64,000 bases of DNA from a virus, in IMG/VR virus record IMGVR_UViG_3300030387_000087, positions 45,149 through 109,148 of that record. One strand, written 5' to 3'. Position numbers and translations under genes: made by a program. Under the pieces are notes generated by a model, which saw only the letters and a list, made by a program, of their open reading frames with translations, was not told where the DNA came from and ran no database searches. Positions 1 to 10,175 of the stretch are shown one piece after another. Within the stretch, counting starts at the first letter, position 1; each line of letters starts with the position of its first letter.

Positions 1-277
1 TAAGGGAGTTTGTGTAGTAGATACACGTCCAGAGGCAGAAATTATTAAAGACGATGAGGATTATCTTCACGAAAGAGCAATAAAAGAGAAAATGAGAAAG
101 CTTAAAGAGAACAAAAAGATAACAGTAAGAATAGTACATTTTGTAAGGAGGATAATACATGAAGGGATATTATAACGGATTTGCTTATATGGGATTTGTA
201 CCATCAATAGGCAAATATCAGCAGTTTGAAAGCGAAACTGCATATAAAAATTATTTAATAGAAAGAGGTGAAATATA

Positions 278-547
278 ATGCTTGATTACGGAGATTTTTA
301 CGACATTGCAGAATATGGCAACGAAAATTGGAAAGGAAACTTTTCAAAAAAAGAAATAGCAATTAATGCCTATAATTATTTTTGTGATTTCAAATATTCA
401 AAGTTACATCCTTATGTTGAATCAACAATACAAGAATTATTAACACTGCTTGATGAAGATAATTCTGAAGAGTGTGTTGATTGGGCATGTCAGATAAGAA
501 AAGAATTAGGATTATGTCAAATTGAAAGGGAAAGAGGTGAAATATAA
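278..547 (+). CDS. hypothetical protein (89 aa)
   Basis: ORF track; RBS gaaagaggtg upstream; no recognisable domain. Confidence 0.5.
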   Translation: MLDYGDFYDIAEYGNENWKGNFSKKEIAINAYNYFCDFKYSKLHPYVESTIQELLTLLDEDNSEECVDWACQIRKELGLCQIERERGEI

Positions 548-669
548 TGAAAAAGCAAAGTGTATGTAAAGGATGTGTATATTATAATTCGTGTGGAAGT
601 TCTTCACGAACACAGGAATGTAAAGGCAAAGTAACTAAAGAAGAAGTAAAAAGACTGGTTAATAAATAA
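547..669 (+). CDS. small Cys-rich protein (~40 aa, CxxC..C)
   Basis: ATG overlapping previous stop; not in track (<60 aa); terminator hairpin overlaps its 3' end. Confidence 0.3.
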   Translation: MKKQSVCKGCVYYNSCGSSSRTQECKGKVTKEEVKRLVNK

Positions 670-684
670 TCAGTCTTATTTTTT
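651..684 (+). terminator. rho-independent terminator (AAGACTG..CAGTCTT + T-run)
   Basis: 7-bp stem, 13-nt loop, followed by ATTTTTT; seen in sequence. Confidence 0.5.
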
Positions 685-731
685 ACAAATTAACTATATT
701 AAAAATATTAAATTGAAAGAGGTAGATTATT

Positions 732-1823
732 ATGTGTAAAATTAATGGAAAAAAGTTAAAAGAAATTAGAGAAAACAAAGGCATATCAACAAAAGAACTT
801 GCTGAAAAAGTTGGATTATCACGCAGTGCAATAAATCATTACGAAAGTAATATAGACAACCCGAAGGATGAAACGGTTGATAAGATATGTTTGTTTTTAA
901 AGATAAACAAAAATGATATTGAAGTTGCGGATGTTGGATATAATTTTACTTCAGGCGAAGGCAAACTAACTGAAAAGATAAGAAAGAAAAAAGGATTTGT
1001 TCGTTATTCAACACCACGGCAGACAGAAGAATTTATACAAGCTCATTCAAATGCAGGAGAAAACATAGAAATAAAAGAAGTTGATTGTGCTTTAAAGAAT
1101 TCTTTCAGTATTGCATCAAAGCGATACATTCTTATCAATCCGGCGTTTGTACATGTTCCAGATTGGCAGAGAGATACAGACATGGCAAAGGTGCAAGAAA
1201 TAGCACAATATTTCAATGAAGACAAATATGACCCAGCAAAGGTATATATTAAAGAAAGAAAATTATATGTAGCCGATGGAGCACATAGAATAGTTGCTTT
1301 TGTAATAAACGGAGAAATAAAAATGCTTGTCGAAGTTCTTGGATGTTCTGAATATGAGGCAATTCTTACATTTTTAGGACAGGGAACAGGAAGAAAATCA
1401 ATGAGTGTGGCTGATACATATAGAGCAGGTGTAAAGGCAAATATAAGAGAGTATATAGAGTTTAAGAATTTATTTGAATCATATAATATTCAAATTGTAA
1501 CCGATTATAACAAACTTGAAAATCCAATAGGTAAAGTTGCACCATCGAGTACATTGTTAAGAATGACAAAGAATAATACGGATATATTAGAGCTTACAAT
1601 TAAGACAATTAAAGCTCTTAACTGGACAGGAAGCGAAAAGAGTGCATTTACACTTAGAATGTTTCAGATATTTAAAAAGTTATTTGCAAATTATGAAAAG
1701 AATACAGTTATTGAAGGCTTACTTGAAAACTGCAAGGGAGCTTCATATTTTGAAAATAAAATTGCTCCTGTTAAGAGTAATGCTGAAATGTATGATATTT
1801 TAGCGAAAGCAATTTGCGAATAA
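732..1823 (+). CDS. XRE-family HTH + ParB/Srx-like nuclease-domain protein
   Basis: N-term KLKEIRENKGISTKELAEKVGLSRSAINHYE (HTH_XRE-like); central YVADGAHRIVAF resembles ParB/Srx DGxHR motif. Confidence 0.55.
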   Translation: MCKINGKKLKEIRENKGISTKELAEKVGLSRSAINHYESNIDNPKDETVDKICLFLKINKNDIEVADVGYNFTSGEGKLTEKIRKKKGFVRYSTPRQTEEFIQAHSNAGENIEIKEVDCALKNSFSIASKRYILINPAFVHVPDWQRDTDMAKVQEIAQYFNEDKYDPAKVYIKERKLYVADGAHRIVAFVINGEIKMLVEVLGCSEYEAILTFLGQGTGRKSMSVADTYRAGVKANIREYIEFKNLFESYNIQIVTDYNKLENPIGKVAPSSTLLRMTKNNTDILELTIKTIKALNWTGSEKSAFTLRMFQIFKKLFANYEKNTVIEGLLENCKGASYFENKIAPVKSNAEMYDILAKAICE

Positions 1824-1888
1824 GAGAACATATACATATAAAGCTGCACTATCAGGCTTATACGGGTAACAGAAAGGAAGTGATGTTT

Positions 1889-2086
1889 ATGCACAATTTT
1901 AGAAAATCTAAGCGAATGCGTGATTTTGATATTATTTTACGGAAGAATGGATATACACCTGCAAGATGTAAGGGAAGCCATTTCATGTATATCAATCGTA
2001 CAACGCATAGGATAATGCCTGTTAATAAAGATTTAAATGATATGGTAAGGCAGAGATTAATTAAGGAATATAATTTGGAGGTGTAA
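1889..2086 (+). CDS. HicA-like (YcfA) mRNA-interferase toxin homologue
   Basis: RKNGYTPARCKGSHFMY..VNKDLNDMVRQRLIKE matches HicA core (GSH motif); start moved to internal ATG with RBS aaaggaag. Confidence 0.6.
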   Translation: MHNFRKSKRMRDFDIILRKNGYTPARCKGSHFMYINRTTHRIMPVNKDLNDMVRQRLIKEYNLEV

Positions 2087-2089
2087 AAG

Positions 2090-2554
2090 ATGAAATGGAT
2101 AGAGTTATTACGGAAAGATAATTACGCTTTATTGCAAAGCGAAAGTAATACACAATATGCGGTTGTGAGTGGTTACGATCCAACGCAGCCAGAAAATCAG
2201 CAGTGGTCACATGGAACATATTTTACTTATTTCCAGAATAATCCTAAGAAGATGTTATATCTTCAATCAGCTTATGATTGTTTTATGGAAAAGGTAAATG
2301 CAGATTATATTCCCCGTTGTAGATTAGAGGAGTTAGCAACGCTTTTCAAGGATGGTTTAATCTCTGACGATAGAGATTCAGCTTTTGAATACTTTGACGA
2401 GTGTTGTGAAATGTCAGAGGAAGAAAAATCTTTCTTTGGCATTGAAGAAGATAGTCCGATAGCAAACACAAAGTTCGAGAATCCAATGTATAACAAGGGT
2501 TATGATGATGGGTTCTCCGATGCAATGAACGATAAGGAAAGCGAGGAAGAATAA
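2090..2554 (+). CDS. hypothetical protein, acidic C-terminus
   Basis: ORF track; RBS ggaggtg. Confidence 0.5.
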   Translation: MKWIELLRKDNYALLQSESNTQYAVVSGYDPTQPENQQWSHGTYFTYFQNNPKKMLYLQSAYDCFMEKVNADYIPRCRLEELATLFKDGLISDDRDSAFEYFDECCEMSEEEKSFFGIEEDSPIANTKFENPMYNKGYDDGFSDAMNDKESEEE

Positions 2555-2555
2555 A

Positions 2556-3074
2556 ATGAAAGTAAATGAATGTAATGTTACAAATTTTTTAGTTACAAAT
2601 TATATGGATATGCTTCGCAGGAAGGCAGTTCTTGCATATACGTCTGATGGAGAATGCTATGGAGATGTAACAATTAATATTCCAGAATTACCACTTGATA
2701 AGGGAGAATCATTTTTAAATGCGAAATCTCCTAATTTGATTAAAGCAATGGTTGAAAGTGGGTATCTTGAAATCACAGGAGAAGTGAAAGTAAATTATGG
2801 AACTTATAAGATAGGTAAGTTTACACAAAAATTTATTGATGAATTTGAAAGAGTGAAAGATGAGAATGAAAGTCTGAAAGATTATTTAGTTGGATGTATT
2901 GAATCTGATGAGGGTTTAGTTAAACTTAGATACCATGAAAATGAAAAATTTATTAATGATGTGATAGAGGAATACGAAAGTAACTTGAAATATGTTGAAG
3001 ATGGATATAGTGAAATTGATGCAAAGGATGATGCAATTGAAACTGTTTCAAAAAGATGGTTGAAAGAAATATAA
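2556..3074 (+). CDS. hypothetical acidic protein (172 aa)
   Basis: ORF track; start overlaps previous stop. Confidence 0.5.
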   Translation: MKVNECNVTNFLVTNYMDMLRRKAVLAYTSDGECYGDVTINIPELPLDKGESFLNAKSPNLIKAMVESGYLEITGEVKVNYGTYKIGKFTQKFIDEFERVKDENESLKDYLVGCIESDEGLVKLRYHENEKFINDVIEEYESNLKYVEDGYSEIDAKDDAIETVSKRWLKEI

Positions 3075-3090
3075 ATTAGAGGTAAAGCAA

Positions 3091-3309
3091 ATGAAATATA
3101 AAAGACAGTTAAGATGTATAAAGGATTATGAAGAAGATTTAACAGGCGATGATGATTTTGCTACGGTTTGGACGGTTGGTAAAGTATATGGAGCAATTAA
3201 ACATCATGATGGAACATATACAGTTGAAACAAATATGGGCACGAAAGGAATTGTAGGTGTTGAATATTCATGTACGCCAGATTATTTTGAAGAAGTGAAC
3301 ACAAACTAA
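3091..3309 (+). CDS. hypothetical protein
   Basis: ORF track; RBS agaggtaaag. Confidence 0.45.
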   Translation: MKYKRQLRCIKDYEEDLTGDDDFATVWTVGKVYGAIKHHDGTYTVETNMGTKGIVGVEYSCTPDYFEEVNTN

Positions 3310-3339
3310 ATGCGTGTTTCTTTGGAAAGGAAAATAATT

Positions 3340-3474
3340 ATGATAAAATGGAAATTATTTTGTACAGTAACAATGAAAAGCTATGAAGTAGAAGCTGAAA
3401 GTGAATTTAACGCACGAAAGAAATTAGCAAGTGAATTAAATGTACCATTATCTTGTATTGATGTGTTTAGATAA
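3340..3474 (+). CDS. small hypothetical protein (~44 aa)
   Basis: ATG after conserved leader motif tttctttggaaagg; not in track. Confidence 0.3.
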   Translation: MIKWKLFCTVTMKSYEVEAESEFNARKKLASELNVPLSCIDVFR

Positions 3475-3516
3475 GGTAAATAAATTCGCATTTCTTTAGA
3501 AGATTGGAGGAATAAA

Positions 3517-3693
3517 ATGAAATTTAATAAAGACGACAGAGTATTTCATAGAGGATTAAAAAGATATGGAATATATGTAGATGATGATTGGGCTTCCGAT
3601 GATAGTTGTTATGTTAAGTTTGACAACGAGGATAATCCGGATGATGTATTGTGTGTATCGAAAAACTGGTTAGATAAAGTAAAGGAGAAATAA
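3517..3693 (+). CDS. small hypothetical protein (~58 aa)
   Basis: RBS ttggagg + ATG; preceded by conserved leader motif; stop abuts next ATG. Confidence 0.35.
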   Translation: MKFNKDDRVFHRGLKRYGIYVDDDWASDDSCYVKFDNEDNPDDVLCVSKNWLDKVKEK

Positions 3694-3695
3694 AA

Positions 3696-3893
3696 ATGGG
3701 ATTAGAAGAGATTTTAAAAGAACTTGGTGCAGACATTCCCTTTGATGAGAAAGGAGATTTAACTTCAAATGGAGCTGACGCATATGAGAAGTTAATCAAT
3801 GTAGTAACAGGATTAAATAGTATTGGTGCTATTCAAGAGAAACCAGATGACATTGAAAGTTATTGTGATGAAATAGTGAGATTGGGATTCTAA
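3696..3893 (+). CDS. hypothetical protein, paralogue of 7966..8193
   Basis: shares LEEIL..LG..PF..GAxAYEKL with the 7966 ORF. Confidence 0.45.
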   Translation: MGLEEILKELGADIPFDEKGDLTSNGADAYEKLINVVTGLNSIGAIQEKPDDIESYCDEIVRLGF

Positions 3894-3931
3894 TGAAACT
3901 AAGATTTACTTGGTAAGGAGTGGTAATATAA

Positions 3932-4192
3932 ATGTATGAAGTAAAAGATAAAAATAAAGTAATCTATTTTACAAATAAGGCTGATGCAGATAATTATAAT
4001 GACTATTTGAAAAATGGATTAAAAGTTATTAGAACTCAAGGAAAAACCTATTATTTTAATAATGGGGACAGGTTATTTGATGTAAGTATATCAAATAAAA
4101 AGAATTATGTACTTGAAACACGGACAGACAGAACAGTTACAAGTGAAAAACTACAGAGAAAATATCTTGAATTAATTCAAATTAGCAACTAA
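3932..4192 (+). CDS. hypothetical protein
   Basis: ORF track; RBS aaggagtgg. Confidence 0.45.
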   Translation: MYEVKDKNKVIYFTNKADADNYNDYLKNGLKVIRTQGKTYYFNNGDRLFDVSISNKKNYVLETRTDRTVTSEKLQRKYLELIQISN

Positions 4193-4268
4193 ACACAATA
4201 ATGCAAAGGCAGTTAGGAGAATAATCTACTAGCTGCTTATTTTATTACAAGAAAGTGAGGAAACGATT

Positions 4269-4538
4269 ATGAGCAAATGGTTATATGATCCTGAAACGGA
4301 TTCACGGAATGGGAAAGAGTTTACTTATAACTCACCAATACATGAGAATGATATGTTATTTAATGGATTCACTTATAGAGAAATAATGGATTTAGTGATT
4401 GTAAATTGTGGTCACGATGTAACGGAAGCACATATCAATAAAGAAATCATTAAGCTTATGGAGTTAAGAACTGAGGAAATGAGAGAGAATTTGATAATGT
4501 GCAGAGAGAACATGTTGAAAGAAATTAGAAGGATGTGA
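4269..4538 (+). CDS. hypothetical protein
   Basis: ORF track; RBS aagtgaggaaa. Confidence 0.45.
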   Translation: MSKWLYDPETDSRNGKEFTYNSPIHENDMLFNGFTYREIMDLVIVNCGHDVTEAHINKEIIKLMELRTEEMRENLIMCRENMLKEIRRM

Positions 4539-6271
4539 TGAATATGAGCAGCTTGAAAAAATTTGTAGGCGATTATGCTTATTCTTATATTAAAAATATT
4601 GCAGTTGACCAAGATAAATTAAGACATGCATTAGTAACACCACAGAACGCAAGAAATGTATTCTCTGAATTAGATGAGTTTCAGATAAAGTCTATTTGTT
4701 CTGAAATAAGTGCAAATGATACATTCGGAACAATAAGGGAAACTACGCAGGAAGAAATCATTGAAGATTTTAAGAAGGCTGGATATGACACTGTAATTTT
4801 TGATAATGAAGAGAAAATAGCAGAATGCAAAAAGTATTATGCAGCAGGAGAAGTAATTTGCACTTATAATAATCTTTCTGGTCGTATGAATCAGTATCAT
4901 ATGTTGGTTGCAATAAAGAAAGATATTGATAAAATACAGAGAAGTAAAACACCGCAAAGGGAAGATGAATATGGCACATCTATTCTTAATATTCAGATAG
5001 CAAAAAACGGAAGCCATATGTCTATTAAAAATCGCTATAATCACACTGTAAGTGAATGCGATAGTACACTTAATAATAATCTGGATTTGTTAGTTCCTGG
5101 ATTACAGGCAAAGGTGCTTGGATATTACAAGATAGCTTGCCTTCATAAAAATAAAAATTACTATAATCATATTACAAATATAAATGGAATTTATTTGAAG
5201 TATGGCGTAGAGAAAAACAATGTGTACTTTGGAAACTTTGTTCTTGATAGTAAGAACGGAGTGAGATTTGAAGATAATGGCAGATATTATGTGAATAACT
5301 GTTGGACAAATAGTTATAGTGAGACTCCTTGTGTACTTGATTTTCATAATAAGGAAGTAATAAAGCTTTTTGATGAAAGATGGCAGATAAGCAAGGGAAC
5401 TTTGTTGACTAGGGCAATGAAAGAAAATTTATTACATAGTGGAAACAAAGAGAGAATGGACGAGCTTAATATTGTTTTTCCTGATGCTTTAAAAGAGTTA
5501 TTACAGTGTAGAAGAAAGGCATTACAATTCCTTGCTTGTTGTTATGATTATGATTTTCAAAAGCCATTCAAGGTAACTGGTCTACTTGGAAAATTTACAG
5601 CTAATAGTATTAAAAAGATAACAGGAAGTTATGACGGAATATTATTGGTTTGCAAAGGAACAGAGGTTTGTTGTGTTGAATTAAACAGAGGAGTTTTTGA
5701 AGTAGAAATACCAAGAGATAAATATAAATATTCAATTGATGAATATTATACAAAATATGATTTTGAAGCAGACAGAAAAAGTGGGAAGCTTGGAGTGTTT
5801 ATCATTCAGCAAGATGCAAAATATAAAAGGGAAGTAAAAAGAACTTCTAGTTCTTACTATTATAATAATAGTAGCTCAAATGAATTTGATAAAAGTGGTT
5901 GTAATATCACAGAAGCAAGACAAGCGTTAAAATATCGTCTCAATAAATACAAAGCAGATAAGCGAAAAAGAGAGGTTGATTCGATTAGTTACGAAGCTGA
6001 CCTGAAAGAGATTAAGGAAATGTTTCAGACATTAAAAGAAAAGCTTCTTGTTAAGTTAAACGAGGCAAAAACCAGAGAAGAGTATAGCAGTATTGAGAAT
6101 ATATTTAACCATCGTTTTGTCTGGATGGTGAGAGATATAGAAAATTTTGAAACAAATGTCACGCAAAATAAATTTCGCACTGTAAAAGAGGCGACTGATG
6201 ATATTAAAAGTTTAAAGGAACAAATTGAGGTGAAAATAAGAAAGATAGACGGGAAAGAGGAGGTCGATTGA
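4538..6271 (+). CDS. large hypothetical protein (~577 aa), Cys-rich middle, coiled-coil/lysine-rich C-term
   Basis: ORF track; ATGA overlap with upstream gene. Confidence 0.6.
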   Translation: MNMSSLKKFVGDYAYSYIKNIAVDQDKLRHALVTPQNARNVFSELDEFQIKSICSEISANDTFGTIRETTQEEIIEDFKKAGYDTVIFDNEEKIAECKKYYAAGEVICTYNNLSGRMNQYHMLVAIKKDIDKIQRSKTPQREDEYGTSILNIQIAKNGSHMSIKNRYNHTVSECDSTLNNNLDLLVPGLQAKVLGYYKIACLHKNKNYYNHITNINGIYLKYGVEKNNVYFGNFVLDSKNGVRFEDNGRYYVNNCWTNSYSETPCVLDFHNKEVIKLFDERWQISKGTLLTRAMKENLLHSGNKERMDELNIVFPDALKELLQCRRKALQFLACCYDYDFQKPFKVTGLLGKFTANSIKKITGSYDGILLVCKGTEVCCVELNRGVFEVEIPRDKYKYSIDEYYTKYDFEADRKSGKLGVFIIQQDAKYKREVKRTSSSYYYNNSSSNEFDKSGCNITEARQALKYRLNKYKADKRKREVDSISYEADLKEIKEMFQTLKEKLLVKLNEAKTREEYSSIENIFNHRFVWMVRDIENFETNVTQNKFRTVKEATDDIKSLKEQIEVKIRKIDGKEEVD

Positions 6272-6272
6272 T

Positions 6273-6722
6273 ATGCAGAAAATTAACGGAAAAGAGATTA
6301 AAGGATTTCAATGTGCAGATGGTGTTCATTGGTATTGGGGAGATAAGGAAGTTGCAGTTATTAATGAGTTACGAAGAGAAATTGAATGGTGTGACAGAAC
6401 ATTTAATTTCCCTGCCGAAGTGGTAAATGTAATTAGAGAAAAGATGCCAACACCAGATGGACAGTGGATAATTGAAGCAAGACGAACAAGTTTAAGTGCA
6501 ACACAGGGAAATATATCAATCTTTGTGAATAATAAAGATATGGATATGCATTTTGAAGATAAAATGGAGCTTAATGAAAATGGAAATTATGTAAGCACAA
6601 CACCTGATAGTGAGTTAGGCAAGTTTGTATATGCTTGCCTATGGCATCCATTGGATAAAACATATCACTATTCAGACAGATTTAAAAGACTATTCAAACC
6701 AAACTGGAAAGATAAAGAATAG
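6273..6722 (+). CDS. hypothetical protein
   Basis: ORF track. Confidence 0.5.
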   Translation: MQKINGKEIKGFQCADGVHWYWGDKEVAVINELRREIEWCDRTFNFPAEVVNVIREKMPTPDGQWIIEARRTSLSATQGNISIFVNNKDMDMHFEDKMELNENGNYVSTTPDSELGKFVYACLWHPLDKTYHYSDRFKRLFKPNWKDKE

Positions 6723-6734
6723 GAGTGTGATTAT

Positions 6735-7070
6735 ATGGCGAAACAGTTTATAAGAGAAATAAAATCACATGTAAATCTATATAGAGATACATTAAATGGA
6801 ATTGCGTGGATTGAAGATGGTTCAACTGGACTTGGAATTAGTGTTCATCCAAATATAGATAAAAGCGGCTCTGTTACAGGAATGAAAAATCTTGGTTATT
6901 GGGGCAGATTAGACAGAATAGTACAGAGTCATGGATGGAAATATAATATTGACAGATTCGTATGTGATAAAGACAGCAAATTAGAAATGATTGTGGCTGA
7001 TGAATGTATGTGTCAAGGTTGTATTAAAAGGAGACAAAAATATGGCAAAACAAATATATTACTTGCATAG
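6735..7070 (+). CDS. hypothetical Cys-rich protein
   Basis: ORF track. Confidence 0.5.
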   Translation: MAKQFIREIKSHVNLYRDTLNGIAWIEDGSTGLGISVHPNIDKSGSVTGMKNLGYWGRLDRIVQSHGWKYNIDRFVCDKDSKLEMIVADECMCQGCIKRRQKYGKTNILLA

Positions 7071-7365
7071 TTGCAATGAATGGAAAGAGTATTCTAGTAT
7101 GCGACTTCTTTTCATTGGAACATCACAACAAAAGTTAAAAATGAAAATCTCAAAGGAAATTGAAGAAGGTAATATGGAATATAAACCTGTTACTACAAGA
7201 TACGATTATGTTGATGGAGAATTTAAGTTAGTTGACAAAGAAAATACCCCAAAAGAACAAGCAAAACTATTCAGACAGGATTGGAAAACAGAAACAAGAG
7301 ACGCTATCAATTCTGAATTAAAATATGGAGATTTCAATTATACATATAATAATGAAGAAATGTAG
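7042..7365 (+). CDS. hypothetical protein
   Basis: internal ATG (MAKQIYY) with RBS aaaggagac; overlaps previous gene end. Confidence 0.45.
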   Translation: MAKQIYYLHSCNEWKEYSSMRLLFIGTSQQKLKMKISKEIEEGNMEYKPVTTRYDYVDGEFKLVDKENTPKEQAKLFRQDWKTETRDAINSELKYGDFNYTYNNEEM

Positions 7366-7404
7366 TCAAAGTAAATTGTAATTTACTTAGAAGGAGTGAT
7401 TTGA

Positions 7405-7563
7405 ATGAAATTAACAATAAATGACTTAATACAGTACGCAAAAGAAAATAAACTCGGTATGGGTGCAGAAATTAAGATAAATGGATGTGAACTTAATCAT
7501 ATGTTTGTGAGAAATGAAACAATTTATCTTGATGAAACAGAGTGTGGAGATAATGAAGACTAA
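7405..7563 (+). CDS. small hypothetical protein (~52 aa)
   Basis: RBS aaggagtga + ATG; not in track. Confidence 0.3.
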   Translation: MKLTINDLIQYAKENKLGMGAEIKINGCELNHMFVRNETIYLDETECGDNED

Positions 7564-7630
7564 TACAGAAAATAATAAGGCAGACGCAAACAAATGTGTC
7601 TGTCTTTTGTAATGGAAGGAGCGAATTGAA

Positions 7631-7969
7631 ATGATTATATTGCAAAGGGATTCTCGATATGAAGTAGGTGATCCTGATTGTGTATTCAAAGTAAAATCAG
7701 GTGATTTAGTTACACCTATAAAGCGAATTGGATATAAGACTACATTTGAAGATTGGGAAGATTACGGAGAAATTACGGATGAAGATATAGAAGATTTATA
7801 TATTTTTTGTTGTCTTAATGACGATGAAACACAAACGGAAGTTTATATTTCAATTCGTGATGATTGGGATTTGATTTTTGTTGGTTGGTATAAAGGGATT
7901 TTTGTTGATAACACAGAAGCAGTTACAGCAAAGATTAATGCTTGGATTAACAATAATATGGAGATGTGA
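7631..7969 (+). CDS. hypothetical acidic protein
   Basis: ORF track; RBS ggaaggagcg. Confidence 0.45.
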   Translation: MIILQRDSRYEVGDPDCVFKVKSGDLVTPIKRIGYKTTFEDWEDYGEITDEDIEDLYIFCCLNDDETQTEVYISIRDDWDLIFVGWYKGIFVDNTEAVTAKINAWINNNMEM

Positions 7970-8193
7970 TTATGAATACATTAGAAGATATTTTAGTAGC
8001 ATTGGGAAGTAAGAAGCCATTTTTAAATAATGTCATTATTGATGTGAATGGTGGAAGGCAGCCATTTACTAAAGGTGGTGCTAAAGCTTATGAAAAATTG
8101 ACAGAAATCTTGTATGCTGTTGGAGAACTTACTCACACAGATATGAATGATATTATTGAGGAACTGGATAGTATAGCGAATCAGGATATATAG
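7966..8193 (+). CDS. hypothetical protein, paralogue of 3696..3893
   Basis: shared motif LEDIL..LG..PF..GAKAYEKL. Confidence 0.45.
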   Translation: MIMNTLEDILVALGSKKPFLNNVIIDVNGGRQPFTKGGAKAYEKLTEILYAVGELTHTDMNDIIEELDSIANQDI

Positions 8194-8205
8194 GAGGTAA
8201 GAGAA

Positions 8206-8415
8206 ATGACACGGTTACGGCAATACAGAATGGTTGAAGGAATTGGAAACCATTGGAATAAACGATGGGAAATTCAAGAGAAATATAAATATTTTGAGAA
8301 TGGAGAATGGATTGAAGCATGGCATATGATTTTTTGGAGTAGTGATAAAGCAAGATGTGAAGAAGTGTTTGAGAAATATAAAAAATTAGGAGGTAAGCAA
8401 AATGAACGGATATGA
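8206..8415 (+). CDS. hypothetical protein
   Basis: ORF track; RBS ataggaggtaag. Confidence 0.4.
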   Translation: MTRLRQYRMVEGIGNHWNKRWEIQEKYKYFENGEWIEAWHMIFWSSDKARCEEVFEKYKKLGGKQNERI

Positions 8416-8854
8416 ATATATTTGTGGAACAGCAGCACAGTTTAGAAAGAAATTTCCAAACTTATATGAACGGAAAGAAAAGAAACCTGTGTTCATTGAT
8501 TCAAACCTGTTAGACAAAATCGAAGATATTCCAGAAGAAATTAAGGTAGAACTGATAGGCAAGTCAAGAATATCACGAACGAACAGAGAAGATTTTGCAA
8601 TCAGTACAGAAGATGAAAACGGATATAAATATTATCTTGATATTGATTGTAGTTGTTATGACTTCTATAAAAACGACAAGTTGATTTATTCAGTATTACA
8701 TGTAGATGGTGCAAGATGGAATGTATATAAGGCAAATATCTATGGTGATTATGATGAATTGCCTGTGAAGTCAGGCAGTTTGAATTGGAGTGAAAACTTA
8801 AATTTTAAGCTAGGTAGAATTGACATTAGTGCCTATGAAAGCGAGGTTGATTGA
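8402..8854 (+). CDS. hypothetical protein
   Basis: ORF track. Confidence 0.5.
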   Translation: MNGYEYICGTAAQFRKKFPNLYERKEKKPVFIDSNLLDKIEDIPEEIKVELIGKSRISRTNREDFAISTEDENGYKYYLDIDCSCYDFYKNDKLIYSVLHVDGARWNVYKANIYGDYDELPVKSGSLNWSENLNFKLGRIDISAYESEVD

Positions 8855-8855
8855 T

Positions 8856-9416
8856 ATGAAAGAGCCACTAACACGAACAATATATGACAATTATGATTTA
8901 TGGGATCAATATTCTGAATTTGCAAAGGAAACACTTTCAGAGTATGAAGAAGAACCAAGTGAAGATTCAATCTGGAATGTGATAAATGATGAAGATTCGA
9001 CAAATTGGGAATGTGAAAAAGAAAGGCTTGAAGAGTTCTTTAATGATGGAAGTACATGGATTTTGCGTGGTACAAATGGAAGATGGAATGGAACTTTTGA
9101 AGCAGGAACAATTTTCACAGACTTTATGGATATGTATAGAGAAGCAATGACTGATTGTGATTATGTTCATTTGTATGATGAGAATGGACATTTCTATATG
9201 CAGTGTTCCCACCATGACGGAACTAACTATTATGAGATTAGGAAACTTACGGATAAGGGAATTGAGTACCTTAAAAACTGGGAAGAAAATTGGGATGACA
9301 AGAGAAGTGAAAGGTATATATATGACCAGATTATGAAAAGATATTCAACACTTCCGAATTTTGCTCATAAAGTATATGGATGTCCAAAGGTAGAATGGAT
9401 GAAAGAGGTGGCGTAA
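8856..9416 (+). CDS. hypothetical protein
   Basis: internal ATG (MKEPLTR) directly after previous stop. Confidence 0.5.
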   Translation: MKEPLTRTIYDNYDLWDQYSEFAKETLSEYEEEPSEDSIWNVINDEDSTNWECEKERLEEFFNDGSTWILRGTNGRWNGTFEAGTIFTDFMDMYREAMTDCDYVHLYDENGHFYMQCSHHDGTNYYEIRKLTDKGIEYLKNWEENWDDKRSERYIYDQIMKRYSTLPNFAHKVYGCPKVEWMKEVA

Positions 9417-9444
9417 GCCATCTTACTTTTTTAAAAAGGAGTGA

Positions 9445-9717
9445 ATGAATATGTTATATGAAATAAGTTCAAAAGAGAAGCATGATAGAGTGGTAAATGA
9501 GATGTTGCGGAAGGGTTTTATATTTCCTAATAATATGAAACCATATACCTATGAAAAAGCAAAAAATTGTTACCACGGAAATAGTAAACTGCTATTACAT
9601 ACATTTTATAATGATATGACTGGTAAGTTTGAAATGCAATATACAACTAAAAGCGTGTATTTATCATATTATTTCATTCATACACTCAAGAGTTACAGAG
9701 AAGAATTAGTTGTATAA
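9445..9717 (+). CDS. hypothetical protein
   Basis: ORF track; RBS aaaggagtgaa. Confidence 0.45.
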   Translation: MNMLYEISSKEKHDRVVNEMLRKGFIFPNNMKPYTYEKAKNCYHGNSKLLLHTFYNDMTGKFEMQYTTKSVYLSYYFIHTLKSYREELVV

Positions 9718-9767
9718 AATCAAATGAAAGAACCGCTTCATTGTATTAAGAAAGGAAGGTAAGAATT

Positions 9768-10163
9768 ATGAGTATTTTAGCTGATGGTATTTTTATGAAT
9801 CCAAGATATGATCAATATGAAGATTATGGTGAAACACAAAGCTATTATGATTTAAGAACGGGTATTATCTATGTGGTAATGGAAGAATATGGAATGGGTG
9901 GTAACAATATTATTCAGGAAATCACACCAGATTCCGCTGAATATAAGGCAAATTATGCAAGATACAGGAAAGCGAAAGGTATTAAGGAAAAATATAGAGT
10001 AACTTATACTGCACAAGTCGATCAAACGATTGAAGCAACTTCTTTAGAAGAAGCAAAGAAAATAGCAAAGAATGGAACTGGTGAATATGAAAATCAAGCT
10101 TTTGAAAGCATTTATTTATCAGAAGTCGCTTTTATAACAGATAAAGACGGAAATGAAGTATAA
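9768..10163 (+). CDS. hypothetical protein
   Basis: ORF track; RBS aaaggaaggtaag. Confidence 0.5.
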   Translation: MSILADGIFMNPRYDQYEDYGETQSYYDLRTGIIYVVMEEYGMGGNNIIQEITPDSAEYKANYARYRKAKGIKEKYRVTYTAQVDQTIEATSLEEAKKIAKNGTGEYENQAFESIYLSEVAFITDKDGNEV

Positions 10164-10175
10164 AGGAGGCATACC

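Noticed and set aside
1043-1225. Minus-strand ORFs nested inside + strand genes (e.g. 1043..1225, 1691..1894, 4412..5347 group, 8906..9215, 56374..57019 and ~30 others in the track)
   Set aside because: They lie antisense within well-supported + strand genes. They are low-complexity Ile/Leu/Phe/Ser-rich translations typical of AT-rich antisense frames and have no RBS. Treated as spurious.
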